From Polyangiaceae bacterium (GTDB lineage: Bacteria > Desulfobacterota > Binatia > UTPRO1): a stretch of 64,000 nucleotides of DNA. The stretch is taken from NCBI GenBank assembly GCA_031400185.1, contig JANNPN010000255.1, forward strand, positions 1,426-65,425, written 5' to 3'. Below are positions 9,542-18,569 of the stretch, one piece after another. Each line of letters starts with the position of its first letter. Positions within the stretch are counted from its first letter, which is position 1. The notes under the pieces were generated by a model. It ran no database searches, was not told where the DNA came from, and saw only the letters and a program-made list of their open reading frames with translations. The position numbers and the translations under genes are program-made.

Positions 9542-10845
9542 TGGAGCGGAGCGAGCACGCGATCCCGCTGGGTGGATTTGCGCCGACGGAGCGCTTCCTC
9601 GACTGCGTCCACTGCGGCCTCTGCCAGAGCGCCTGTCCGACGTACCTGGCGCTCGGCAACGAGGCGGACTCGCCGCGCGGCCGTATCCACTTGATGCGCG
9701 CGCTACAGGAAGGTCGGCTGGCCGTCGACGCGGCCGCGGTCCTCCACCTCGACCGCTGCCTCGGCTGTCGCGGCTGCGAGACGGCGTGCCCGTCTGGCGT
9801 CGCGTACGGCGAGCTGATCGAGGCGGCGCGACCGTGGATCGAGTCGCGTTACACGCGGCCGCGTCTCGAGCGCTGGCGACGCCGGGTCACGATCGTCGCG
9901 CTCACGACGCCGGCGCTCCTGCGGGTGCTGGTGGCACCCCTCCGCATGCTCGAAGCGCTCGGCGTGCTCGAATGGCTGCGGCGGATCGCCCCGCGCCTGC
10001 CACGCCCGCTCGCCGCCGCCGTGCATCTCATGCCGACGCGCTTCGGCGAACGCGCTGCGCTGTCACCCGACGAGACCCCGCGGGGCGATGCGCGCGCGAC
10101 CGTGCAATTGCTTCCGGGCTGCGTCATGCCAGAGCTCTTTGGCGACACTGTGCGCCACACGGCCGACGTGCTGCTCGCGAACGGCTGCCGCGTCGTCGTG
10201 CCGCCGGGGCAGCACTGTTGCGGCGCGCTCGCGCTCCACGCCGGTGATCGCGCGCGTGCGCTCGCGCAAGCGGGTGCGGCGCTCGCCGCGCTCGTGCGCG
10301 CGACTCCCGTGCACGAGGCCGCGCCGCCGATCGTCGCGACGGCGGCCGGCTGCGGCGCGATGATGAAGGCCTGGGGCACGCTCTTCGCCGACGATCCCGC
10401 CCGCGCAGCGGACGCCCGTGCGGTCGCGGGCCGGGTCCGCGATGCGACCGAGCTCCTCGCCGAGATCGGTCTCCGCGCGCCGTCGGCAGAGGGCCGGGCC
10501 CGCCGCGTCGCCTATCATGATCCATGTCATCTCGCGCACGCGCAGGGCATCCGGAGCGCGCCGCGGGCGCTGCTCGCTGCGATCCCCGGGATCACGCTCG
10601 TGCCCATGGACGACGAGGACCTCTGCTGCGGCAGCGCCGGGCACTACAACGTGATGCAGCCGGCGACCGCGCGCGAGCTCGTCGCGCGGAAGGTGGTCGC
10701 CATCCGCGCGAGCGGCGCGGACCTCGTCGCGACCGCCAACGCCGGCTGCGCACTTCAGCTCGAGGCCGGCCTCAAGGCCGCCGGCGTCCCGATCCCCGTT
10801 CGCCACGTGCTCGCTCTGCTCGCCGAGGCGTACGCGGGTCGCTGA
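9541..10845 (+). CDS. glcF: Glycolate oxidase iron-sulfur subunit GlcF
   Basis: ATG overlaps the glcE stop (ATGA). Two CxxCxxCxxxCP 4Fe-4S motifs (CVHCGLCQSACP, CLGCRGCETACP) plus two cysteine-rich CCG domains. Confidence 0.85.
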   Translation: MERSEHAIPLGGFAPTERFLDCVHCGLCQSACPTYLALGNEADSPRGRIHLMRALQEGRLAVDAAAVLHLDRCLGCRGCETACPSGVAYGELIEAARPWIESRYTRPRLERWRRRVTIVALTTPALLRVLVAPLRMLEALGVLEWLRRIAPRLPRPLAAAVHLMPTRFGERAALSPDETPRGDARATVQLLPGCVMPELFGDTVRHTADVLLANGCRVVVPPGQHCCGALALHAGDRARALAQAGAALAALVRATPVHEAAPPIVATAAGCGAMMKAWGTLFADDPARAADARAVAGRVRDATELLAEIGLRAPSAEGRARRVAYHDPCHLAHAQGIRSAPRALLAAIPGITLVPMDDEDLCCGSAGHYNVMQPATARELVARKVVAIRASGADLVATANAGCALQLEAGLKAAGVPIPVRHVLALLAEAYAGR

Positions 10846-10999
10846 CGGGGGACACGGTCTGTACGCCGCGGCAAGTTTGTGGCGGTGATCGCGACCATTT
10901 CGTCGCGTCGGGCGCGCCGATCTCCGAGATTCTTCGCGTGCTTCCACGGCGTGTGCGTGTCGGCCGCCCTGGCATGGCAGTTGCTGCCGGGCCTGGGAG

Positions 11000-11794
11000 A
11001 TGGCCGCAGTCGCCCCCCGCAAGACCCTGGTCGACGGCACCGAGATGCGCTGCTTTGCGGCGATGTATCTCGCGTGCGCGGCGGCGGTCGGGCTTGCGGC
11101 GCTCACATTGCAGGGCGGCTGGCTTCCCCTTGCGACCATCCTGTTGCTCCCGGTCTTCGTGGCGGCGTTGATCGACGCGGTGCGGACGGCGACGGGTCTC
11201 TGGCAGGAATGGCGCACGCGCGAGCTCGGCGCGAACGTGAAGCGGGCGCTCGCGACGCTCGGGCCGGCGTACCGCGTCGTGGCGCACGGCGCATCGCTCG
11301 CCGACCGCGATCGCCACGTCGCGATCGGTCCAAACGGGGTCTTCCTCATCGTCTCGACCGACGACGGCGGACGCGTGACGGCGTCCGATCAGCGCTTGTT
11401 CGTGAACGCGCGTCTCCCGTGGCGGAATCTCGTCGAGGACTGCCGCGTCGAGGCGCTGCGTGTCTCCGATCGCGCGCAACGCACGCTCGGACGTCCGTTG
11501 CCGGTGCACGCGGTGCTCTGCTTCACCCGCGCGCTCGTCGCGGTCGGTCAGGAGATCCGCGGCGTGAGGATCGTGCAGGTGCCGCGCCTCGCGCGACTCG
11601 TCGAGAGCGTCGCGATCCCCGCGCCGTTGTCGCCTGCCGACGTCGAAGCCGTACGCGCGGCGCTCGTCGAGCAGTCGACGGCGACGAATCCAGGCAGAGT
11701 TTTCAAGCTGACGCCGCGTCGTGCGACAGCGTCCGGCGAACGTTCACTCACGCTCGTCGGTCGTCCGTCGCGTCCGCAACACAGTCTCTCCTAG
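11000..11794 (+). CDS. NERD (nuclease-related domain) protein with N-terminal transmembrane segments
   Basis: Two TM helices, then a NERD-like core (RVVAHGASLADRDRHVAIGPNGVFLIVSTDDGG...). Start is uncertain and could be an internal Met. Confidence 0.55.
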   Translation: MAAVAPRKTLVDGTEMRCFAAMYLACAAAVGLAALTLQGGWLPLATILLLPVFVAALIDAVRTATGLWQEWRTRELGANVKRALATLGPAYRVVAHGASLADRDRHVAIGPNGVFLIVSTDDGGRVTASDQRLFVNARLPWRNLVEDCRVEALRVSDRAQRTLGRPLPVHAVLCFTRALVAVGQEIRGVRIVQVPRLARLVESVAIPAPLSPADVEAVRAALVEQSTATNPGRVFKLTPRRATASGERSLTLVGRPSRPQHSLS

Positions 11795-11978
11795 GGCATC
11801 GATCTCACTGGCAGAAGTGCTTGCAATGACAAAATCGAGTTGCTAGAGGGGCGCGCAGTCGTGAGGTGAAGGTAGTACGTCCGTCGGAATGGCCGTGGCG
11901 AAACTTGCCGCGGCTTTGTCGTATGGCAGCGAATCTTCCCTCGATGACGAGTCTAACGGACGAAAGGAGGGGAGATTT

Positions 11979-12182
11979 ATGGCAGTCGGTCACGTGAAGT
12001 GGTTCAACCCCGAGAAGGGCTTCGGCTTCATCCGCCAGGAGAACGGCGAGGACGTCTTCGTGCACTACTCGGCGATCTCGGGTGAGGGTTTCCGGACGCT
12101 CGAAGAGGGTCAGAAGGTCGAGTTCGAGATCACCAAGGGCCCGAAGGGCCTGCAGGCCTCCAACGTCACCAAGGCTGCGTAA
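11979..12182 (+). CDS. cspA: Cold-shock protein (CspA family)
   Basis: [18 protein letters not shown]...VFVHYSAI contains the RNP1/RNP2 motifs. SD GGAGGGGAG precedes the ATG at 11979. Preceded by a leader about 185 nt long and lower in GC. Confidence 0.92.
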   Translation: MAVGHVKWFNPEKGFGFIRQENGEDVFVHYSAISGEGFRTLEEGQKVEFEITKGPKGLQASNVTKAA

Positions 12183-12218
12183 GGCACAACCGCCGAACGC
12201 ACTTGACCAATCGCAGTA

Positions 12219-12252
12219 GCCCCGGGAGTCGCGGCTCCCGGGGCTTTTTTGT
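12219..12252 (+). terminator. Rho-independent terminator of cspA
   Basis: GC-rich 10-bp stem GCCCCGGGAG/CTCCCGGGGC with a 6-nt loop, followed by TTTTTTGT. Confidence 0.7.
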
Positions 12253-12320
12253 GCCCGCGCACCGTGCGGCGCGATCGCGATGCTTCCGTGAGCCGCGCCG
12301 GATGGCGTAGAACGCGAGGC

Positions 12321-13109
12321 ATGAAGCGCCGCGCGTCGACGTCGTTGCTCGCCGTCTTTTCATTCGCCGCGAACGTCGCCGCCGCACCCCCCGCGCAGAC
12401 GATCGTCGACCTCACGCACGCGTTCGACGCGAATACGATCTACTGGCCGACCGAAGCCGGCTTCGAGCTCAAGTCCGAGCACGCCGGCACGACCGACAAG
12501 GGCTACTACTATGCGAGCAACGCCCTCGCGACGCCCGAGCACGGCGGCACGCACATCGATGCGCCGTTGCACTTCTGGGAGAAGGGCGCGTCGGTCGACG
12601 CGATCCCGCTCGAGCAGCTGATCGGTCCCGCGGTGCTCGTCGACGTGAGCGCGAAGGTGCGCACGAACCGCGACTATCAGGTCGCCGTCGAGGACTTCGT
12701 CGCGTGGGAGCGTACCCACGGCGTCATCCCGAAGGGCGCCATCGTGCTCATCCGGACCGGGTTCGGTGCGTACTGGCCCGATCGCCGCCGCTATCTCGGC
12801 ACCGACGAGCGCGGTGCGGCTGGCGTCGCGAACCTGCACTTCCCCGGGTTGTTGCCGCACGCCGCTGAGTGGCTCGCCGACACCCGGAAGATCCATGCGG
12901 TCGGGCTCGACACCGCGAGCATCGACCATGGTCCGTCGAAGCTCTTCGGCAGCCACGTCGCGCTCTTTCGGCGGGGCGTGCCCGCGTTCGAGAACGTCGC
13001 GAACCTCGACCGCCTGCCCGCGAAGGGCTTCACGGTGGTCGCATTGCCGATGAAGATCGCCGGTGGCAGCGGCGGGCCGCTCCGCATCGTCGCGCTCGTC
13101 GGGAAGTGA
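12321..13109 (+). CDS. Cyclase family protein (kynurenine formamidase-like, PF04199) with signal peptide
   Basis: Signal peptide MKRRASTSLLAVFSFAANVAAA. Cyclase-family His/Asp motifs (EHGGTHIDAPLHF, GLDTASIDHG). Confidence 0.75.
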   Translation: MKRRASTSLLAVFSFAANVAAAPPAQTIVDLTHAFDANTIYWPTEAGFELKSEHAGTTDKGYYYASNALATPEHGGTHIDAPLHFWEKGASVDAIPLEQLIGPAVLVDVSAKVRTNRDYQVAVEDFVAWERTHGVIPKGAIVLIRTGFGAYWPDRRRYLGTDERGAAGVANLHFPGLLPHAAEWLADTRKIHAVGLDTASIDHGPSKLFGSHVALFRRGVPAFENVANLDRLPAKGFTVVALPMKIAGGSGGPLRIVALVGK

Positions 13110-13137
13110 TCGCAATCCCATAGAGGAGAGGCACGTC

Positions 13138-14307
13138 ATGGACACGAAAGCCCGCGCGCGCGAGCGCCTCCAGCAGCAGCGCGAGGTGCTGATCGCGCTC
13201 AGCCACCGCATCCACGCGCATCCCGAGGTCGGCTTCGAGGAAGAGCGCGCCGCGAGGTGGCTCTGCGACGACCTCGCCGACGCCGGCTTCACCGTCACGC
13301 GCGGCGTCGGTGACCTGCCGACCGCGTTCACCGCGCGCGCCGGCAGTGGTCCGTTGCACGTCGCGTTCTGCGCCGAGTACGACGCGCTTCCCGGCATCGG
13401 ACACGCGTGTGGCCACAACATGATCGCAGCGATGGCGGTCGGCGCCGCGGCGGCGGCGGCGCGCGTCGCCGACGACGTCGGCCTCACGGTGAGCGTGATC
13501 GGAACGCCCGCGGAGGAAGGGGGCGGCGGCAAGATCCTGCTCCTCGACCGCGGTGTCTTCGCGGGTGTCCACGCTGCAATGATGGTGCACCCCGCGCCGA
13601 TGGACGTCGTCGAGCAGCCGTTCCTCGCGTGCGCGCAGTTCGAGGTGCGCTACACGGGAAAGGAAGCGCACGCGTCCGCGTTCCCGGAGCGCGGCATCAA
13701 CGCCGCCGACGCGCTCACGGTTGCGCAGACGGCGATCGGCTGTCTGCGCCAGCACATCCGCCAGACCGACCGCATCCACGGCATCGTGACCCACGGCGGC
13801 GACGCGCCGAACATCGTGCCCGCGCACACGGCCGCGCACTACATCGTCCGCGCGCGCACGCTCGACGAGCTCGACGAGATCTACGGCAAAGTCGTGCGCT
13901 GCTTCGAGGCCGGCGCGCTCGCGACCGGCTCGACGCTCGCCCTCAAGGAAGACCACCTGCCGTACGCCGAAGTGAAGCCGGACGTCGACATCGCGGCGGC
14001 GTATCGCAGCAACGCGACCGCCCTCGGCCGCTTCCTGCCGGACCTCCCGGCCGCGATGCTCGAGCGCATGGCGGGCTCGACCGACATGGGCAACATCACG
14101 CTCGCCATCCCGTCGATCCACCCGATGATCGGCATCGAGTCGTTGCCGGCGGTGAACCATCAGCCCGAGTTCACCGCGCACTGCGCTACGCCGATCGCCG
14201 ACCGCGCGGTGATGGACGGTGCGCTCGCGATGGCGTGGACCGCGATCGATCTCGCGAGCGATCCCCATTTGGTGGAACGCCTGCGCGCAGCGAAGGGGGA
14301 GCGCTAG
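13138..14307 (+). CDS. M20/M25/M40 family amidohydrolase (hippurate hydrolase/aminobenzoyl-glutamate hydrolase-like)
   Basis: M20D-like motifs (GHACGHNMIAAMAVGAA, GTPAEEGGGGK). SD GAGGAGAGG precedes the ATG at 13138. Confidence 0.8.
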   Translation: MDTKARARERLQQQREVLIALSHRIHAHPEVGFEEERAARWLCDDLADAGFTVTRGVGDLPTAFTARAGSGPLHVAFCAEYDALPGIGHACGHNMIAAMAVGAAAAAARVADDVGLTVSVIGTPAEEGGGGKILLLDRGVFAGVHAAMMVHPAPMDVVEQPFLACAQFEVRYTGKEAHASAFPERGINAADALTVAQTAIGCLRQHIRQTDRIHGIVTHGGDAPNIVPAHTAAHYIVRARTLDELDEIYGKVVRCFEAGALATGSTLALKEDHLPYAEVKPDVDIAAAYRSNATALGRFLPDLPAAMLERMAGSTDMGNITLAIPSIHPMIGIESLPAVNHQPEFTAHCATPIADRAVMDGALAMAWTAIDLASDPHLVERLRAAKGER

Positions 14308-14317
14308 CGCGCTCCAG

Positions 14318-17300
14318 GTGAGCCCGACGGCCACGACCGTCCACACCTTCGGCGAGTTCGAGCTCGACGAGCGGCTCTACGAGCTCCGGCGCGGCGGTGT
14401 CGTCGTGAAGATCGAGCCCAAGGTCTTCGACGTGGTGCGGTACCTGGTCGCGCACGCCGACCGGGTGGTGTCGAAGGACGAGCTGCTCGGACGGCTCTGG
14501 CCGGGCGAGCACGTGAGCGAGTCGGTGGTCCCGCGCTGCATCACGGTCGCCCGGAAGATGCTCGGCGACGATCCGAACGCGCAGCGGATGATCCAGACGG
14601 TGCACGGCCGGGGCTACCGTTTCGTCGGCGCCTTGCGGGGCTCCGCAGGCGCGCGTGACGCGCCCGCAGCCGGCGCGGTCGCGCGCGGCGTCTTCGTCGG
14701 ACGCGCGGAGGCGATGACGCTTCTGCGGAGCTCCCGTGCCGACGCCGAGCGCGGGCAGGCCCGCTTGCTATTGCTCGTCGGTGAGCCTGGGATCGGCAAA
14801 ACCAGAACCGCCGCGGAGCTCGCATCCGAAGCGCGCGCCGACGGCGCCGTCGTGCTCACCGGCCGGTGTTACGAAGGGGAGGGCGCACCGGCGTTCTGGC
14901 CGTGGGTGCAAATCGTGCGCGCGGCCGGGGCCATCATGGACGACGCGGGGCTCGCGGCGGCGCTGGGTCCGGCGGCCGCGGACGTCGCGGCGCTGGTCCC
15001 GGAGATCGGCGCGCGGCTCCGGACGTCTCCGCCGTCGCCGACGCTCACCCCGGAGCAGGCCCGTTTTCGGCTTTTCGACGGTATCGCCTCCTTTCTCGGG
15101 GCCGTGGCGCGGACAAAGCCGGTCGTGCTCGTCCTCGACGACTTGCACTGGGCCGACAAGCCGTCGCTGCTCCTGCTCCAGTTCCTGGCGCGTCAGATGC
15201 GCGAGGCGCGGCTCCTGGTGCTCGGCGCGTATCGGGACGTGGAGGTCCGCCGCCAGCACCCGCTGGCGGAGGTGCTCGGCGAGCTCGCGCGCGAGCCGCA
15301 CTATCAACGGCTCGTGCTGCGCGGCTTTTCCGTCGAGGACGTCGATCGCTACGTCACGGCGACCGCGGGACGAGCGGCGACGCCGTCCCTGGTGCGGGCG
15401 GTGCACGAGATGACCGACGGCAACCCGTTCTTCGTCGGCGAGATCGTGCGGCTCCTCGTCGCCGAAGGGAGGCTCGATCGGCGCGCCGACGCCGGCGGGC
15501 TCGGCGTCGCGCTCCCCGAGGGTGTTCGCGACGCGATCGGCCGGCGGCTGAACGTCCTCTCCGACGAGTGCAACCGTCTGCTCGGCGTCGCCTCGGTCCT
15601 CGGGCGCGAGTTCGACTCGACCGTGCTCGAACGCGTGGCGGAAGCGTCCGCCGATCGCGTGCTCGAGCTGCTCGACGAGGCGGTCGGCGGCCGCGTGCTG
15701 GTCCCGCACGCCGCGGATGCCGCGCGCTACGCATTCGTACACGCGCTCGTCCGAGAGACGCTCTACGAGGAGCTCTCGACCCCGATGCGGGTACGTCTCC
15801 ATCGCCGTGCCGGTGCGGTGCTCGAAACCAAGCACGGCGTCAACGTCACCGCCCCGCTCGCCGAGATCGCGCATCACTTCTTCGAAGGTGCATCCGGCGG
15901 CGACGCGGCGCGCGCGGTGACCTGGGCCGAGCGCGCCGCCGAGCGTGCCCTCGTATGCCTCGCGTACGAGGAGGCGGCCGGGCACTACGAGCGTGCGCTG
16001 CAAGCGCTCGAGCTGCTCGTGCCGATCGACGAGACGAAGCGCGTCGAGCTCCTGCTTGCACGCGGCGACGCCGAGTCGCGCGCCGGCGACCGCGAGCGAA
16101 CGCGCGCGACGTTTCGTGCCGCGGCGGCGGCGGCGCGGCCGCTCGGACGCCCCGATCTGCTCGCGCGCGCCGCAATCGGGTTCGGCGGCCGGTCCGAGTA
16201 CGGCCTGCCGCGTGACGACGACCTGGTGGCGCTCCTCGAGGAGGCGCGCGCGGCGATCGGGGGCGAGCATCCGGCGCTCCGCGTCCGCATCCTCGCGCGC
16301 CTCGTCGGGACGGCGCCGTACTCCGACTCGCTCGCGGCGCGCGACGAGCTGAGCTGCGAGGCCGTCGCCGTCGCCCGCCGGCTCGACGATCCCGCGACGC
16401 TCGTCGTGGCGCTCGGCTCGCGCGCGTGGGCGCTCCTCGGCCCCGATCACGTGAGCGAGCGTCTCGCGATCGCCACCGAGCTCGTCGACCTCGCGGCGGC
16501 GACCGGCGACGGCAATTCCGCCTTCCTCGCCCACGAGATGCGGTTCGACGCCAACCTGGCGCTCGGCGACATTGCCGCCGCCGACGCCGAGATCGAAGCG
16601 ATGGACGCGGCGGCGGAGCAGCTCCGCCAGCCGATCGAGCGCTTCTTCGTCGCCTCGATCCGGGCGGCACGCGCGCTTTCCGACGGGCGCTACGACGAGG
16701 CGGAGCAGCTCATCGCCGCGGCGCAGGCGCTCGGCGAGCGCGCCGATCACCCGGCGGGCCGCGCGCTCACGGTCGGCCACGGCCTCTTCCTCGCGCACGA
16801 GCGCGGGCGGGTCGACGACATGCAGGCGGCGCTCGCGTCGTTCGCGACGGTCTACCCGTGGGCGGAGCGTCTGCTCCGAGTCGGACGCGCGCTCGCGGCG
16901 AGCGAGGTCGGCCGTTTGGACGACGCGCGCCGCGAGCTCGTCTCGATTGCGGCCGAGGACTTCCGCGCGTTGCCGCGCGACGAGCACTGGATGATCACGC
17001 TCGCGCAGCTCGCGACCGTGTGCGCCGACGTCGGCGCCGCCACGCACGCGGAGGTGCTCCTGGAGCTGCTGCGACCGTTCGCCGACCGGAACGCCGTCCA
17101 CGACCTCTTGCGTGTGCATGCCGGATCGGTCGCGCACTACCTCGCGCGGCTTGCGGTCGCGACCGAGCGCTGGGACGAGGCGACGACGTGGTTCGAGCAG
17201 GCGCTCGACCAGAATGCGCGGATGGGGGCGCTCCCGGCGCTCACGCGGAGCCGCCACGAGTTTGCCCGCATGCTCGTACGGCGCCGGCAGCGTGGCGACC

Positions 17301-17455
17301 AGCCGCGGGCGCGGGCCCTCATCGGCCAGGTGCTCGCCGACGCGGACGCTCTGGGCTTCCGGCGCCTGCGGAGCGAGGCGGAGGAGCTTCTGGGCGAGCT
17401 CGACCGCCCGCCCGCGGGGCAGCGCCGCCCGAGGTCGCGCGGCGCCGCCCGCTGA
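14318..17455 (+). CDS. Large signal-transduction regulator: OmpR/PhoB-type winged-helix DNA-binding domain fused to AAA/STAND NTPase and TPR-like helical repeats (AfsR/SARP-like)
   Basis: N-terminus FGEFELDERLYELRRGGVVVKIEPKVFDVVRYL...GRGYRF matches trans_reg_C. Walker A GEPGIGKT. A long alpha-helical Leu/Ala-rich C-terminal half. GTG start 11 nt after the upstream stop. Confidence 0.75.
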   Translation: MSPTATTVHTFGEFELDERLYELRRGGVVVKIEPKVFDVVRYLVAHADRVVSKDELLGRLWPGEHVSESVVPRCITVARKMLGDDPNAQRMIQTVHGRGYRFVGALRGSAGARDAPAAGAVARGVFVGRAEAMTLLRSSRADAERGQARLLLLVGEPGIGKTRTAAELASEARADGAVVLTGRCYEGEGAPAFWPWVQIVRAAGAIMDDAGLAAALGPAAADVAALVPEIGARLRTSPPSPTLTPEQARFRLFDGIASFLGAVARTKPVVLVLDDLHWADKPSLLLLQFLARQMREARLLVLGAYRDVEVRRQHPLAEVLGELAREPHYQRLVLRGFSVEDVDRYVTATAGRAATPSLVRAVHEMTDGNPFFVGEIVRLLVAEGRLDRRADAGGLGVALPEGVRDAIGRRLNVLSDECNRLLGVASVLGREFDSTVLERVAEASADRVLELLDEAVGGRVLVPHAADAARYAFVHALVRETLYEELSTPMRVRLHRRAGAVLETKHGVNVTAPLAEIAHHFFEGASGGDAARAVTWAERAAERALVCLAYEEAAGHYERALQALELLVPIDETKRVELLLARGDAESRAGDRERTRATFRAAAAAARPLGRPDLLARAAIGFGGRSEYGLPRDDDLVALLEEARAAIGGEHPALRVRILARLVGTAPYSDSLAARDELSCEAVAVARRLDDPATLVVALGSRAWALLGPDHVSERLAIATELVDLAAATGDGNSAFLAHEMRFDANLALGDIAAADAEIEAMDAAAEQLRQPIERFFVASIRAARALSDGRYDEAEQLIAAAQALGERADHPAGRALTVGHGLFLAHERGRVDDMQAALASFATVYPWAERLLRVGRALAASEVGRLDDARRELVSIAAEDFRALPRDEHWMITLAQLATVCADVGAATHAEVLLELLRPFADRNAVHDLLRVHAGSVAHYLARLAVATERWDEATTWFEQALDQNARMGALPALTRSRHEFARMLVRRRQRGDQPRARALIGQVLADADALGFRRLRSEAEELLGELDRPPAGQRRPRSRGAAR

Positions 17456-17543
17456 TTTCGCGATCCTCAAGAAATCATCAAGAAACCCGTCGAGACATGA
17501 GCCCGCGGCCCGGCGTAGATTGCGGGCACTCGGAGGAGATCTC

Positions 17544-18374
17544 ATGACGACCCCTACCCCGACGACCGCCGTGTTCGACCGCGCCGCCCTCATGGCCGGG
17601 ATCCCGGCCCGGAAGATCGACTGGCCGCGCGCGCGCACGGCGCTGAACGTGCTGATCGCCGACCCCGAGCGCACCGACCAGGTCTTCGCGATCACGCGCG
17701 CGCTCTCGGGTCGCGCCGACATCCGGAGCTTCGCGCGGCTCCTCGACGAGCCCGAGGGCCCAAGCCTGCTCGCGGAGCGTCCCGACCTCCTGAAGGTGCT
17801 CGCGGATCGCGCGGCGCTCGCACGCCTCCCCGAAGGCAGCCTGGGACGTGCGTACCTCGCGTTCATGGTCGCCGGCGAGCTCACCGCGGATGGGCTCGTC
17901 GACGCGTCGATGGAGGGCGATACCGACGCCCGCGTCGGCTACAGCGTCGAGGCGACCTGGTTCTTCGATCGCCTGCGCGACATGCACGACGTCTGGCACG
18001 TGCTGACGGGCTACGGTCGTGACGAGGCCGGCGAGGCCGCGAACCTCGCGTTCACGTTCGGACAGATCGGTAACCTCGGCATCGGGCTCATCGTGCTCGC
18101 GGCGGCCCTCATCGGGCCGCGCGGCGACGGGTTCTACTGGCAGCGCTATCTCTTCCGCGCCTGGCGGCGCGGCCGGCGCGCACGGTGGCTCCCGGCGGTG
18201 CGCTACGAAGCCCTTCTCGCGAAGCCGCTCGCCGAGGTGCGTGCCATGCTCCGCATCGATCCGCCCGCGGTCGCGCATCCCGAGGGCGTGATGGTCGCGA
18301 GCCGGGAGGACTTGACGGACACCGAGAAGGCCCGCCTCAGCCGCGCCCTCGGCGACGCGGTCGCAGGTCGCTGA
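17544..18374 (+). CDS. Coq4-like (ubiquinone biosynthesis protein COQ4 family) protein
   Basis: Contains the HDVWHVLTGY...E motif that resembles the Coq4 Zn-binding signature. SD GGAGGAG precedes the ATG. Confidence 0.6.
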   Translation: MTTPTPTTAVFDRAALMAGIPARKIDWPRARTALNVLIADPERTDQVFAITRALSGRADIRSFARLLDEPEGPSLLAERPDLLKVLADRAALARLPEGSLGRAYLAFMVAGELTADGLVDASMEGDTDARVGYSVEATWFFDRLRDMHDVWHVLTGYGRDEAGEAANLAFTFGQIGNLGIGLIVLAAALIGPRGDGFYWQRYLFRAWRRGRRARWLPAVRYEALLAKPLAEVRAMLRIDPPAVAHPEGVMVASREDLTDTEKARLSRALGDAVAGR

Positions 18375-18569
18375 AAAAGGCCGATCTGCGTCGTTGCTCA
18401 GTCGTCTCGCTTGTGCGGCATAGCTTCGCTATGCCTCCGCGCTCGCTCCTTCGCGCCTAGCATCTCGACCTTTTTGAGCGACCTGCTGGGGGTGCCTCGT
18501 GCGCGTGGTGGGCCGTCGCTTCGCTCCGGCCATCCAATCTCATCTTCTGCGTGAGGCGACCTCACCACG

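Noticed and set aside
11805-11860. Sigma-70-like promoter (TTGCAA ... TAGAGG) for cspA
   Set aside because: The -10 element is poor. It was left as part of the long cspA leader rather than called as a promoter feature.
14768-17884. 1038-aa minus-strand ORF antisense to the STAND regulator (and the 449-aa plus-strand alternate-frame ORF)
   Set aside because: Arg-rich junk composition. The sense-strand gene has Walker A and wHTH motifs.
17112-18374. Track ORF start at 17112 for the Coq4-like gene (420 aa)
   Set aside because: The upstream 144 codons overlap the STAND regulator 3' end and are Arg/Ser-rich. The SD-preceded ATG at 17544 gives a typical Coq4-size protein.
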